Shown: piece after piece, positions 36,699 to 45,726 of the stretch
How the letters are laid out: every line of letters begins with the position of its first letter
How positions within the stretch are numbered: the first letter of the stretch is position 1
Assembly (NCBI GenBank): GCA_949300385.1
Contig: CASGDZ010000001.1
Span: forward strand, 157,461-221,460
Reading direction: 5' to 3'
DNA: 64,000 nt
From: an uncultured Christensenella sp.
Lineage (GTDB): Bacteria; Bacillota; Clostridia; Christensenellales; UBA1242
The notes under the pieces: generated by a model
Database searches by the model: none
The model's input: the letters and a program-made list of their open reading frames with translations, nothing else
What the model was told of the DNA's origin: nothing
Translations under genes and position numbers: made by a program

Positions 36699-38444
36699 TT
36701 AAAGCGTTTTGTTTTCGATTTGTTTTAATACTTTCTCTTTAAATTCTTCATACGACATTTGAGTTGTGTCTTTGCTTCCACGCTCGCGCACTGCAACCAC
36801 ATTTTCAGTCATCTCTTTATCTCCAAGTACTAATATATATGAAGTTTTACTCATGACAGCGGAGCGAATTTTCTTACCTACACTTTCATTCGACAAATCT
36901 AATTCAGCGCGAATCTTTGATTGTTTTAATTTTAAATATACAGATTTAGCATATTCGTCATTTTTTTCGCTTACAGTCAAAATCTTAACTTGTACTGGAC
37001 TTAACCATACAGGTAAAAGTCCTTTTGTTTCTTCCAAAATGAATGCAATTGATCTATCTAGTGAACCGAACACCGCACGATGAATAACAACAGGGCGTAC
37101 GCGTTCATTATGCTCGTCAATATACTCCAACTCAAATTTTTCAGGTAATTGATAGTCTAGTTGAACTGTAGAAAGTGTGATATCATGTCCGATTGCTGAC
37201 TTAACTTGCACATCAATCTTTGGGCCATAGAATGCAGCTTCTCCTTCTGCTTCGTAATATTCAGCACCACTTGAAGATAAAATCTCTCTAAGTGCCTTTT
37301 CGCTCTTTTCCCATAATTCATCATTTCCAAAATATTTTTCTGTATTGTTTTTATCTCGCAATGATAATCTAAATTTATAATTTTTTAAGCCAAAATCTTT
37401 ATATACATCAAGAATTAATTTTATAACGCCATCGACTTCTTCTTTTATTTGGTCAGGACGACAGAAAATATGACTATCATTTTGAGTAAATGCACGCGTA
37501 CGCTCAATACCACATAAGGCACCACTCGTCTCGTATCTAAAATCGTTTGCAATCTCTGCAATTCTTAAAGGCAAGTCACGATATGAATGTTGAAAATTTT
37601 TATAAATCATCATATGATGCGGACAATTCATTGGACGCAAAACATACGCTTCATCATCGAGTTCCATTGCTGGGAACATATCATCTTTATAATGGTCCCA
37701 ATGTCCAGAAGTCTTGTATAAATTAACATTGCCTAATGATGGAGTCATAACATGTTGATATCCTAATGCCAACTCTTTATCTATTATATAGTCGCTTAAT
37801 GCTCTACGAATAGTGTATCCGTTTGGCAACCAAACAGGCAACCCTTTGCCAATAAGGTCATTGAACATAAATATATTTAGGTCTTTACCTAATTTCCTAT
37901 GGTCGCGTTCTTTTGCCTCCTCTTCTAGGCGCAAACATTCTTTTAAATCGTCTTTGTTTAAGAATCCATAAACATAAATACGAGTAAGCATTTTATTCTT
38001 TTCACTACCGCGCCAGTAAGCACCATTTACTCTATTTAATTTAAAACTAAATCCGCGCAAAAATTTAGTATTTTCAACATGCGGACCCCTACATAAATCA
38101 TAAAAATCATTGCCAGTATAATAGACAGAAATAACCGCGTCATTTGGCAAATCTTTTATCAATTCTGTTTTATAAGGTTCATCTTCAAACATTTTAAGCG
38201 CAGTTTTACGATCGACTTCTTCACGCGTAAAATCTTCATTTCGCGCAATTATTTCTTTCATTTTTTCTTCAATTTTTGAAAAATCTTCCTGTGAGATAGC
38301 CAAATTATCAAAATCATAATAAAAACCATTCTCTATTGCTGGACCAATAGCCAATTTAACATTAGGATATAATTCCTTAATAGCCTTAGCAAGTACATGA
38401 CTCATGCTGTGGCGATACATTTGTTGTTTTTCGTTTTCTAACAT
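36699..38444 (-). CDS. thrS: Threonine--tRNA ligase (short form without the N-terminal TGS domain)
   Basis: 581 aa from the ATG at 38442-38444 (AGGAGG SD). It begins directly at the RHSMSHVLAKAIKELYP...GPAIENGFYYDFD editing-domain block. Class II motifs and the anticodon-binding domain are present. Confidence 0.92.
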   Translation of the reverse strand: MLENEKQQMYRHSMSHVLAKAIKELYPNVKLAIGPAIENGFYYDFDNLAISQEDFSKIEEKMKEIIARNEDFTREEVDRKTALKMFEDEPYKTELIKDLPNDAVISVYYTGNDFYDLCRGPHVENTKFLRGFSFKLNRVNGAYWRGSEKNKMLTRIYVYGFLNKDDLKECLRLEEEAKERDHRKLGKDLNIFMFNDLIGKGLPVWLPNGYTIRRALSDYIIDKELALGYQHVMTPSLGNVNLYKTSGHWDHYKDDMFPAMELDDEAYVLRPMNCPHHMMIYKNFQHSYRDLPLRIAEIANDFRYETSGALCGIERTRAFTQNDSHIFCRPDQIKEEVDGVIKLILDVYKDFGLKNYKFRLSLRDKNNTEKYFGNDELWEKSEKALREILSSSGAEYYEAEGEAAFYGPKIDVQVKSAIGHDITLSTVQLDYQLPEKFELEYIDEHNERVRPVVIHRAVFGSLDRSIAFILEETKGLLPVWLSPVQVKILTVSEKNDEYAKSVYLKLKQSKIRAELDLSNESVGKKIRSAVMSKTSYILVLGDKEMTENVVAVRERGSKDTTQMSYEEFKEKVLKQIENKTL

Positions 38445-38668
38445 ATTTCCTCCTAAAAAAATAAAAAAATCCCTAAACATAGGGACGATATATTACCGCG
38501 GTTCCACCCAATTTGGCACAAAAGTGCCCAACTCATTTCACGGGAATTCACCCGCATTGACCTAATCGGTGGTTTCAACTATATGTATATTGCGCCAATC
38601 TCAGCCGGCAGGCACTCTCTGTAAATAGGGACATACAATCTACTTGTCCGATCAATAATCTATTAAGT
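38445..38668 (-). promoter_or_regulatory. T-box riboswitch leader, threonine (ACC specifier)
   Basis: Minus strand: AGAGA box; specifier loop GAA-ACC-A (ACC at 38571-38573) next to the stem I base TGATCGG/CCGATTA; T-box AAATTGGGTGGAACCGCGG (38496-38514); terminator TCCCT-ATGTTT-AGGGA + T7 (38463-38485). Confidence 0.85.
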
Positions 38669-38674
38669 TACAAT

Positions 38675-38703
38675 ATTATAATATTTGAATTTTAAAATAG
38701 CAA
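38675..38703 (-). promoter_or_regulatory. Sigma-A promoter of the thrS leader
   Basis: Minus strand: TTGCTA (38698-38703), 17 nt, TATAAT (38675-38680). Confidence 0.6.
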
Positions 38704-38711
38704 CCATTTTT

Positions 38712-39080
38712 TTATAAATCAAAAAATTTTTTTAATTTAAGTCGCTCTTCTTCCCAATATTCTAAAAGACAATTTTTAGCAAAATTCTCACCATCTCTTC
38801 GCATAATTAAACCATTTAATGAATTATAAATAGTTTCATCAAAATATTTTCCATTAGTTAAGTCTATACATAAAATTTTGTCATTAAGTGTTCTTATATA
38901 TGCATTGCCATAATGCGAAAAGAAGAAGTCTAATATATGAAAAGCTTGTTTTATATCCATTTTATCGCCTAATTGTATGCTATCTGGTAATTTTGTCGCC
39001 TCATATCCGTCATATTTGGTTGCATTGTTATATAATACCATTAATACTTCGGCGCTTGCTAGTTTGTCATATCTAATCAT
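38712..39080 (-). CDS. Hypothetical protein (122 aa), no recognisable family
   Basis: AGGAG SD. Soluble, with no motifs I can name. Confidence 0.5.
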   Translation of the reverse strand: MIRYDKLASAEVLMVLYNNATKYDGYEATKLPDSIQLGDKMDIKQAFHILDFFFSHYGNAYIRTLNDKILCIDLTNGKYFDETIYNSLNGLIMRRDGENFAKNCLLEYWEEERLKLKKFFDL

Positions 39081-39134
39081 AACTTCTCCTGTGAAGAATT
39101 ATACAACCGATATGATATCTTGTCAATATGCGAA

Positions 39135-39887
39135 TTAATTTTTCATGTAAATTTTTAATCGGTTTGCAAAGACATTACTTAAAAAACTAACTGCTTCATA
39201 TGGTTCTCCCTGATTAATATATATGTCAATGTAATTTGGACATGAATTTAATACATTTATAATTAAATCTAAATCATTGTTACATTCTGCTATCTTTTTA
39301 ATTCTTGCGTTTTTGTTTTTCATATTATAGACACTAAAATTATCACCATGGCAAACAATTTTGACCTTATATACAATATTGTCCATAGTGTTTATCAAAA
39401 AGCGTATTACATCTACGAATGTCCCAGAATTAAATAATGTTAAATTATCGCTAGATAATTCTGCCAGATTGTTCCAATGTTGTTTTAATGGAGTTAAACG
39501 AAATTCGATAAAGCTGTCTAAGAAAAAAGTTTGATTAAATAATATGATTTTATTAAGCGAACTTTCATCGCTAGTTCGGTCAAATAATGCTAAAACTTTA
39601 ATATAAGCGTTGAAAGTTAATGTATCACAAAGTGGATTTTTAATTCTTTTCTTTAGATAGTTTATTTTATATACTGATTCGATATAGTCTATGATTATAT
39701 CGCGAATTATTGCTTCGCATGGCACTATAAATTCTTTATCGCACGCAAATAGTAGATAAACAAAATTATTGTCGCTATAACTTGTTATAATAGTTTTGCA
39801 AAAATCAATTTTTGACTTTATATTAGCGTGCAAAAATTCGATCATTTCCCTATTTCGCACCCCAACCGCTAGGGCTATTTCTCTCAT
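39135..39887 (-). CDS. Hypothetical protein, possibly sporulation protein YtxC-like (by size and position upstream of thrS)
   Basis: About 250 aa from the ATG at 39885-39887 (MREIALAV...). In Bacillus, ytxC lies directly upstream of thrS. I recognise no sequence motif, so this rests on position only. Confidence 0.35.
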   Translation of the reverse strand: MREIALAVGVRNREMIEFLHANIKSKIDFCKTIITSYSDNNFVYLLFACDKEFIVPCEAIIRDIIIDYIESVYKINYLKKRIKNPLCDTLTFNAYIKVLALFDRTSDESSLNKIILFNQTFFLDSFIEFRLTPLKQHWNNLAELSSDNLTLFNSGTFVDVIRFLINTMDNIVYKVKIVCHGDNFSVYNMKNKNARIKKIAECNNDLDLIINVLNSCPNYIDIYINQGEPYEAVSFLSNVFANRLKIYMKN

Positions 39888-40211
39888 ATTTACCTCTATT
39901 GTAATATATGCATAAACTATGATTTTACTCATGAAAAATTTGGCAAAAAATACAAGAATTTGCAACTCAATATTTCACAAAACAATATGTAAATTAATAA
40001 AATGTAATAAAAATGACGCCTAAGCGTCTAAAAAGGAATTTTATGTACTATTTTTATTTTCGTTCAAACTGCTATGATTGTGTAAATATAACTAATTTAA
40101 ATAGTGAAAATTTCTCATCACGAATTTTCTGTAATTATAATCCGGCCAACTGCTCATGTCATACATTTTATGACCCAAGATTTTTTAATAATAGGCAAAA
40201 CAATATATTTT

Positions 40212-40814
40212 TTAATTTATTTTAACCGATTTTAATATATAATAACCTTTATCTCGCTCAATTATTTCGCAATTTTGATAGATTTGTAATAAGTGTTTTT
40301 TCAAACTTTCCATACCATGATTTTTGCGAATAACAATGATTAATTGTCCGTCTTTTTTTAAATGCCCGTAAGTATTAGTCATTAGATCAAATAGTATAGT
40401 TTTACCTGATTTTATAGGCGGATTGGATATTATAAAGTCATACATATCGCGCACTTTTTCAAATCCATTACTTAAAAATGCTTTTGCACTATGCTGAACA
40501 TTATTTTTTATCAAATTTTCATTCGTCAATTTTACTGCTGTATTGTTAATGTCTATCATATCCATGGTTACATGATATGTCTTGATAAGCGCTATTCCTA
40601 TCACACCTAATCCGCAACCCAAATCAAGCCCACGCCCTTTCAACACTAAATGTTTATAAACAGCATTCAAAAGCGCACGCGTGCCATCATCTATCCTATC
40701 CTTTGAAAAAATGCTATCGCAACTGCGAAAGCATAATTCATGATTTAATACACTATCACGGAATTCAAAATAATCTTCTGCTTTATGTGGTTTATCAATA
40801 AAATAATGTTGCAT
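40212..40814 (-). CDS. Class I SAM-dependent methyltransferase, RsmC/RlmG-like small-domain type
   Basis: 200 aa. DLGCGLGVIGI SAM motif and ISNPPIKSGK (NPP[FIH] motif). AAGGAG SD. Confidence 0.8.
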   Translation of the reverse strand: MQHYFIDKPHKAEDYFEFRDSVLNHELCFRSCDSIFSKDRIDDGTRALLNAVYKHLVLKGRGLDLGCGLGVIGIALIKTYHVTMDMIDINNTAVKLTNENLIKNNVQHSAKAFLSNGFEKVRDMYDFIISNPPIKSGKTILFDLMTNTYGHLKKDGQLIIVIRKNHGMESLKKHLLQIYQNCEIIERDKGYYILKSVKIN

Positions 40815-40822
40815 ATTCTCCT

Positions 40823-41080
40823 TTACGCGCGGTAGAACCCATAAGGAACATCAAGCGCCATAATTATCATACCGATTAATAGTAAACAAATGCCAGTGAT
40901 AAATAAAGTTAGATATAATTTATCTTGTTTGTCAACGACTTCTGTCCCACGCTTAGCAATGGTAATGCGCTTAGCAGAAAACAGAATTGCAACACCAGCA
41001 ATCATTAATATTATACCAATAATAACGGTATACCTAAGTAAAAACTCCATTGGATTTTCAAATGATAAAATTGTGCTCAT
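40823..41080 (-). CDS. Small two-TM membrane protein
   Basis: 85 aa with two hydrophobic helices. AGGAGA SD. Confidence 0.5.
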   Translation of the reverse strand: MSTILSFENPMEFLLRYTVIIGIILMIAGVAILFSAKRITIAKRGTEVVDKQDKLYLTLFITGICLLLIGMIIMALDVPYGFYRA

Positions 41081-41130
41081 AGCCTTTCTCCTAATAGTAT
41101 TCTATCACAATGACACAGATTTGTCAATAG

Positions 41131-41673
41131 TTATTTTTTCTTTCTAAATATATTATTTAGTCTAGTATATTTAAAGATGAAATATATTCTATAACAAATT
41201 GATACAACCGAAGTTAGAATCATAGCAACAAGTCCGATATTTGATACAGTAGAAAAATATGGTAAAAATACGAATGCTGCGATAGTAATACATTCAAACA
41301 ACACATAACTAAAATCTACAGCGTCGATAAATTCAGGCATATTTTTTTTATTCATTGATAAAAGCATTATATAATAAATCCAAATCAATACTATAACGCT
41401 CACTCCTAATGCTAAATTCAATTCATCGCGACATATGAAGAATATGATCAATGTTGTATATACAGCGACACTCCCTATTGCGTCTATAATTGAATGTACG
41501 AAGTTTGCTCTATCTTTAAAGAGTTCTATCCAAATTTTAACTAACAAAAGTCCCGCGATAAATAGACTTAAACCCCATTTAGGCAAATATAAACCTGCAA
41601 ATATGATTAATGGCAATAGTGCAAGTTCTACTGCAAACAATATTTTATATAAAATGTCATTTTTGTTTGTCAT
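41131..41673 (-). CDS. Polytopic membrane protein (about 5 TM), uncharacterised
   Basis: 180 aa and hydrophobic throughout. Weak AAGGAT SD. Confidence 0.5.
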   Translation of the reverse strand: MTNKNDILYKILFAVELALLPLIIFAGLYLPKWGLSLFIAGLLLVKIWIELFKDRANFVHSIIDAIGSVAVYTTLIIFFICRDELNLALGVSVIVLIWIYYIMLLSMNKKNMPEFIDAVDFSYVLFECITIAAFVFLPYFSTVSNIGLVAMILTSVVSICYRIYFIFKYTRLNNIFRKKK

Positions 41674-41830
41674 ATAAGAAATCCTTTTTTCTTGTATATT
41701 TTAACAAAATTGTTTCCATTTTACAAATAAATTTTACATATTTTTAATATTTTAACAAAAATAATCTTTGTTCATATTATGAATTATGGAAGAATTAAAC
41801 CACTATAAACCTTCCATTTAAGGAGAATGA

Positions 41831-42847
41831 ATGAAAAAATTTTCAATTTTACTAGCAGTGTTTATCTGTTTCTTTACCGTAATGCTTACAGCGTGCGGAA
41901 AAAATAAAGATAACAATACTGTGCGTATAAGTGAAGTGACACATTCGCTATTCTATGCCCCTATGTATGTGGCAATCAATAACGGATACTTCGAAGATGA
42001 AGGTCTGAACATTGAACTTACAAATGCTGGCGGTAGCGACACAGTGATGTCCTCTCTTATATCAAATAGCGCAGATGTAGGTCTTATGGGACCAGAATCT
42101 GTTGTCTATGTTCGAAATAATGGTATGACTAATGCTCCTATCATCTTCGCTCAACTTACTGCATGTGATGGTTCATTCTTAGTCGGAAGAACGGACGAAA
42201 ATGACGATTTTGACTGGATGGATTTAAAAGGTAAGCATATAATTGCCGGTCGTAAAGGCGGTATGCCTGCAATGACTCTACAATATATATTAGAGAGAAA
42301 TTATGGCTTAACAACGGGTTCAGAAGCAGGTGATAGAGTTGATACTGTGCTCGACACTTCAATTGCCTTTAACCTTACAGCTTCTTCATTCGTGGCAGGA
42401 ACAGGCGATTATTGCACTATGTTTGACCCTACCGCTAGTCAATGCGAATTTGACTCAACAGGGGTTATAGTAGCGGCGCTTGGCGAAGAAGTTAGCGATG
42501 TTCCATATACATGTTTCGTTGCAACGCAAAATTATCTTAATAATAATTCTGAAAAATTAGATAAATTTATGACCGCTTTAAAAAGAGGCTATGATTATCT
42601 AATTACAGCAAATGATGAACAGATATTAAGCGCATTAAGACCTTCTTTCTCTACTACAAGTGATGATTTGATTCTTGCTTCTGTAAAGAATTATATTCGA
42701 ATTGGCGCTTATGCGGATAGTTTTGTATTAAAAGAAAGTTCTTGGAACAATCTTCTAGATATTATCGATAACGCAGGCGAATTGACTTCTCGTGTGGCAT
42801 ATAATGACGCTGTAAATACAAGTTTTGCTACAAAAGTAAATATATAA
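41831..42847 (+). CDS. ABC transporter substrate-binding lipoprotein (NMT1/THI5-SsuA-like, NitT/TauT family)
   Basis: 338 aa. Lipobox LTAC-G. VRISEVTHSLFYAPMYVAINNGYF is typical of the NMT1-like fold. AAGGAG SD. Confidence 0.75.
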   Translation: MKKFSILLAVFICFFTVMLTACGKNKDNNTVRISEVTHSLFYAPMYVAINNGYFEDEGLNIELTNAGGSDTVMSSLISNSADVGLMGPESVVYVRNNGMTNAPIIFAQLTACDGSFLVGRTDENDDFDWMDLKGKHIIAGRKGGMPAMTLQYILERNYGLTTGSEAGDRVDTVLDTSIAFNLTASSFVAGTGDYCTMFDPTASQCEFDSTGVIVAALGEEVSDVPYTCFVATQNYLNNNSEKLDKFMTALKRGYDYLITANDEQILSALRPSFSTTSDDLILASVKNYIRIGAYADSFVLKESSWNNLLDIIDNAGELTSRVAYNDAVNTSFATKVNI

Positions 42848-43623
42848 TGCAACCTTTAGTTAAAATATCAAATTTAAATTTATTTTATCAAAGTATTGAC
42901 AGCGAAACTCAAGCGTTAAAAGATATTAATCTAGAAATAAATAGGGAAGAATTTATCGCTATTGTTGGTCCTTCTGGGTGCGGAAAAACTACTATTTTAT
43001 CTCTTATTGCGGGACTTATTAAACCAAGTTTTGGTGAGATAAAAATAATGGATAAAGAGCCAAACCCGAAACTTGATTTGTGTGCATATATGTTTCAGCG
43101 TGATAACTTACTACCTTGGCGTACTATAGAAAAAAACATATATTTCGGACTTGAATTAAAACACAAAAATAGCAAGGAAAACAAACAATTTGCCTTAACT
43201 CTTGCCGAAAAATACGGACTAAAAGATTTCTTAAAGAAACACCCTAATGAATTAAGTGGCGGTATGCGTCAGCGTGTAGCATTGATACGCACGCTTAGTT
43301 TAAAACCAGAATTGTTGCTTCTTGATGAGCCGTTCTCCGCACTTGATTATCAAACTCGTTTAGAATTGTGCGACGACATTTTTAAGATAATTAAAAACGA
43401 GAAAAAAACGGCAATTTTGGTTACTCATGATATACAAGAAGCAATTAGTATGGCGGACAGAATCATCGTTCTATCCGCTAGACCAGGCAAAATAAAAGCT
43501 ATTCACAAACTTAATTTTGACCCAAACATGACACCTTTTAATAGGCGTAATACAGAAGACGCTAAACAAATGTTTGACATTATTTGGCAGGAAATACAAA
43601 ATGAAAAATCTGAAACTAAATAA
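42847..43623 (+). CDS. ABC transporter ATP-binding protein
   Basis: 258 aa. Walker A GPSGCGKTT, signature LSGGMRQR, Walker B LLLLDEPFS. Confidence 0.9.
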   Translation: MQPLVKISNLNLFYQSIDSETQALKDINLEINREEFIAIVGPSGCGKTTILSLIAGLIKPSFGEIKIMDKEPNPKLDLCAYMFQRDNLLPWRTIEKNIYFGLELKHKNSKENKQFALTLAEKYGLKDFLKKHPNELSGGMRQRVALIRTLSLKPELLLLDEPFSALDYQTRLELCDDIFKIIKNEKKTAILVTHDIQEAISMADRIIVLSARPGKIKAIHKLNFDPNMTPFNRRNTEDAKQMFDIIWQEIQNEKSETK

Positions 43624-44446
43624 TAAAAATCATAAATCTTTAAGACTAAATTTTAGTAAAGAGCATTATGATTACCTAAGAAAATATCGCACGAAAAAAC
43701 TGCTAATAACTATTACACAAATACTCATTTTAGTAATATTCCTACTATTGTGGGAAATGCTTACAAAATATGAGATTATCAGTTCTTTCTTCTTCTCCAG
43801 TCCATCTAAAATAATAGATACGATAGGCGAATTATATTCAAGCGGTGAACTATTCTATCATGCAAAAATAACTTTAAGTGAAACGCTAATAGGTTTTGTC
43901 ATAGCGACTGGAGTCGGCTTCTTGGTAGCATTCGTATTGTGGTATTTCGACTTTTTAAGGCGCGTAAGCGAACCTTACCTTGTCGTTTTGAATTCGCTAC
44001 CAAAAATTGCCCTTGGCCCTATCATCATCATTTGGTTCGGCGCAGGCAGTAAAGCCATCATATTTATGTGCATATTAATTATTATCATCGTAACAATAAT
44101 GAATATATTAAATTCATTCACTAGTTGCGATAAACAACTCATTGCACTTGCTAAATCTTTAGGCGCAAATAAAATGCAAATATTCATAAAATTGATACTT
44201 CCTAATTCACTAAAAGATATCGTCTCTACTCTCAAAATTAATGTCGGTTTAAGTTGGATTGGGTCTATCATGGGCGAATATTTAGTCAGCAAGGCGGGGC
44301 TTGGATATCTGTTGATATACGGCGGGCAAGTCTTTAACTTAAATTTAGTTATGACTTCAACTGTAATACTTTGTATACTCGCCTCAGTAATGTACTTTGT
44401 AGTCGCATTGTTTGAAAAATTTATGAATAAAATTTATCACTCATAA
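43601..44446 (+). CDS. ABC transporter permease (BPD_transp_1 type)
   Basis: About 281 aa from the ATG at 43601 (MKNLKLNN). EAA-like loop ALAKSLGANKMQIFIKLILPNS. Overlaps the ATPase gene. Confidence 0.85.
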   Translation: MKNLKLNNKNHKSLRLNFSKEHYDYLRKYRTKKLLITITQILILVIFLLLWEMLTKYEIISSFFFSSPSKIIDTIGELYSSGELFYHAKITLSETLIGFVIATGVGFLVAFVLWYFDFLRRVSEPYLVVLNSLPKIALGPIIIIWFGAGSKAIIFMCILIIIIVTIMNILNSFTSCDKQLIALAKSLGANKMQIFIKLILPNSLKDIVSTLKINVGLSWIGSIMGEYLVSKAGLGYLLIYGGQVFNLNLVMTSTVILCILASVMYFVVALFEKFMNKIYHS

Positions 44447-44460
44447 CGCGCTTTTATATA

Positions 44461-44487
44461 AAAAAGACGAGTAAAACTCGTCTTTTT
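44461..44487. terminator. Bidirectional terminator between the permease (+) and ftsZ (-)
   Basis: A5-AAGACGAG-TAAAA-CTCGTCTT-TTT. Confidence 0.8.
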
Positions 44488-44523
44488 GCTTTTACACCTA
44501 ATTCATTAAAACTTTAAAGCATA

Positions 44524-45717
44524 TTATTTCCTTAATTTTCTTAAGAACGGAGGCAAATCATCGTCATCTAAAAATGGTTTTTTGGCTTTTATAGATATGT
44601 CTTCTACTTTGTCGTTAGATTTCTCTTCCTCTTTATTCTCTTCTTCCTTAGGTTGTTCCATCTCTAAATCAGGCTCAACTTTTTCTTCTTCTTTTTCTTC
44701 TACATTATTAGCCACAAATGGTTTAAAATCTGCACGATTGTCTTTAAATTCTGGAGTCGGATTATTTTCTTTCTTTTTGTCCTCAAAACCTGTAGCAATA
44801 ACAGTTATAGCCGTCTCCCCATTCATATCGTTATTAATTCTAGCACCGAAGATGACATTACAATTTTTATCTGCCACATCACGCACCAAATCGACCGCTT
44901 CATATACTTCAGATAAAGTGATATCTCTACCGCCTGTTACATTTATTAATATTCCAGTTGCACCTTCAATACTTGTCTCTAACAATTGACTAGTAACCGC
45001 TTGTCTAACTGCTTCAATAGTTTTGTTTGCACCTCTGCCTTTACCTACGCCCATGTGAGCAATACCCTTGCCCTTCATTATTGTTGATACATCGGCAAAG
45101 TCTAAATTGATAAGCCCTGGAACTGCAATCAATTCACTAACGCCTTGAATGGCTTGTCTTAATACATCATCCGCATATCTAAATGCATCCATAAATGGAA
45201 CATCTTTCTTTAATATTGAATAAAGTTTCTCATTAGGTATTATAACAAGAGAATCTACATATTTTCTCATCTCTTCAATACCTTGATCAGCATTTGATGC
45301 ACGCTTAGGACCTTCGAATCGGAAAGGTTTTGTAACGACACCTATAGTCAATATACCCATCTCTTTTGCAAGCCTTGCAATTACTGGCGCCGCGCCATTA
45401 CCTGTTCCGCCTCCCATACCGGTAGTTATGAAAAGCAAATTTGTACCAGCAAGCATCTTTTTTAATTCTTCCTGACTCTCTTCTGCCGCTGCCTTGCCGA
45501 CTTCTGGGTTAGCACCTGCTCCTAATCCTTTTGTTAGTTGCTCACCTATTTGGATAATCTCATCTGCGTTAGACATTAAAAGGTCTTGTTTATCCGTGTT
45601 TACTGCAACAAAATGTACACCTGTGATACCCGCTGCTACCATACGATTGACAGCATTATTGCCACCACCGCCGACACCTACAACTTTAATATTACAAATA
45701 GTATTCTGTAAATCCAT
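44524..45717 (-). CDS. ftsZ: Cell division protein FtsZ
   Basis: 397 aa. GVGGGGNNAVNRM, GMGGGTGNGAAPVIA, an E/K-rich linker and a C-terminal DLPPFLRK peptide. Confidence 0.95.
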   Translation of the reverse strand: MDLQNTICNIKVVGVGGGGNNAVNRMVAAGITGVHFVAVNTDKQDLLMSNADEIIQIGEQLTKGLGAGANPEVGKAAAEESQEELKKMLAGTNLLFITTGMGGGTGNGAAPVIARLAKEMGILTIGVVTKPFRFEGPKRASNADQGIEEMRKYVDSLVIIPNEKLYSILKKDVPFMDAFRYADDVLRQAIQGVSELIAVPGLINLDFADVSTIMKGKGIAHMGVGKGRGANKTIEAVRQAVTSQLLETSIEGATGILINVTGGRDITLSEVYEAVDLVRDVADKNCNVIFGARINNDMNGETAITVIATGFEDKKKENNPTPEFKDNRADFKPFVANNVEEKEEEKVEPDLEMEQPKEEENKEEEKSNDKVEDISIKAKKPFLDDDDLPPFLRKLRK

Positions 45718-45726
45718 AATTACCTC

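Noticed and set aside
40013-40225. 70-aa Cys/Asn/Phe-rich plus-strand ORF in the gap upstream of the ytxC-like gene
   Set aside because: It has no SD, its ATG sits inside a hairpin, its composition is driven by AT-rich DNA and it overlaps the methyltransferase stop. Probably non-coding.
41674-41830. TPP (or other) riboswitch upstream of the NMT1/THI5-like ABC transporter
   Set aside because: The 157-nt region is almost pure A/T and lacks the conserved CUGAGA / ACCUGA TPP elements. It contains only a small GGAAG...CTTCC hairpin.
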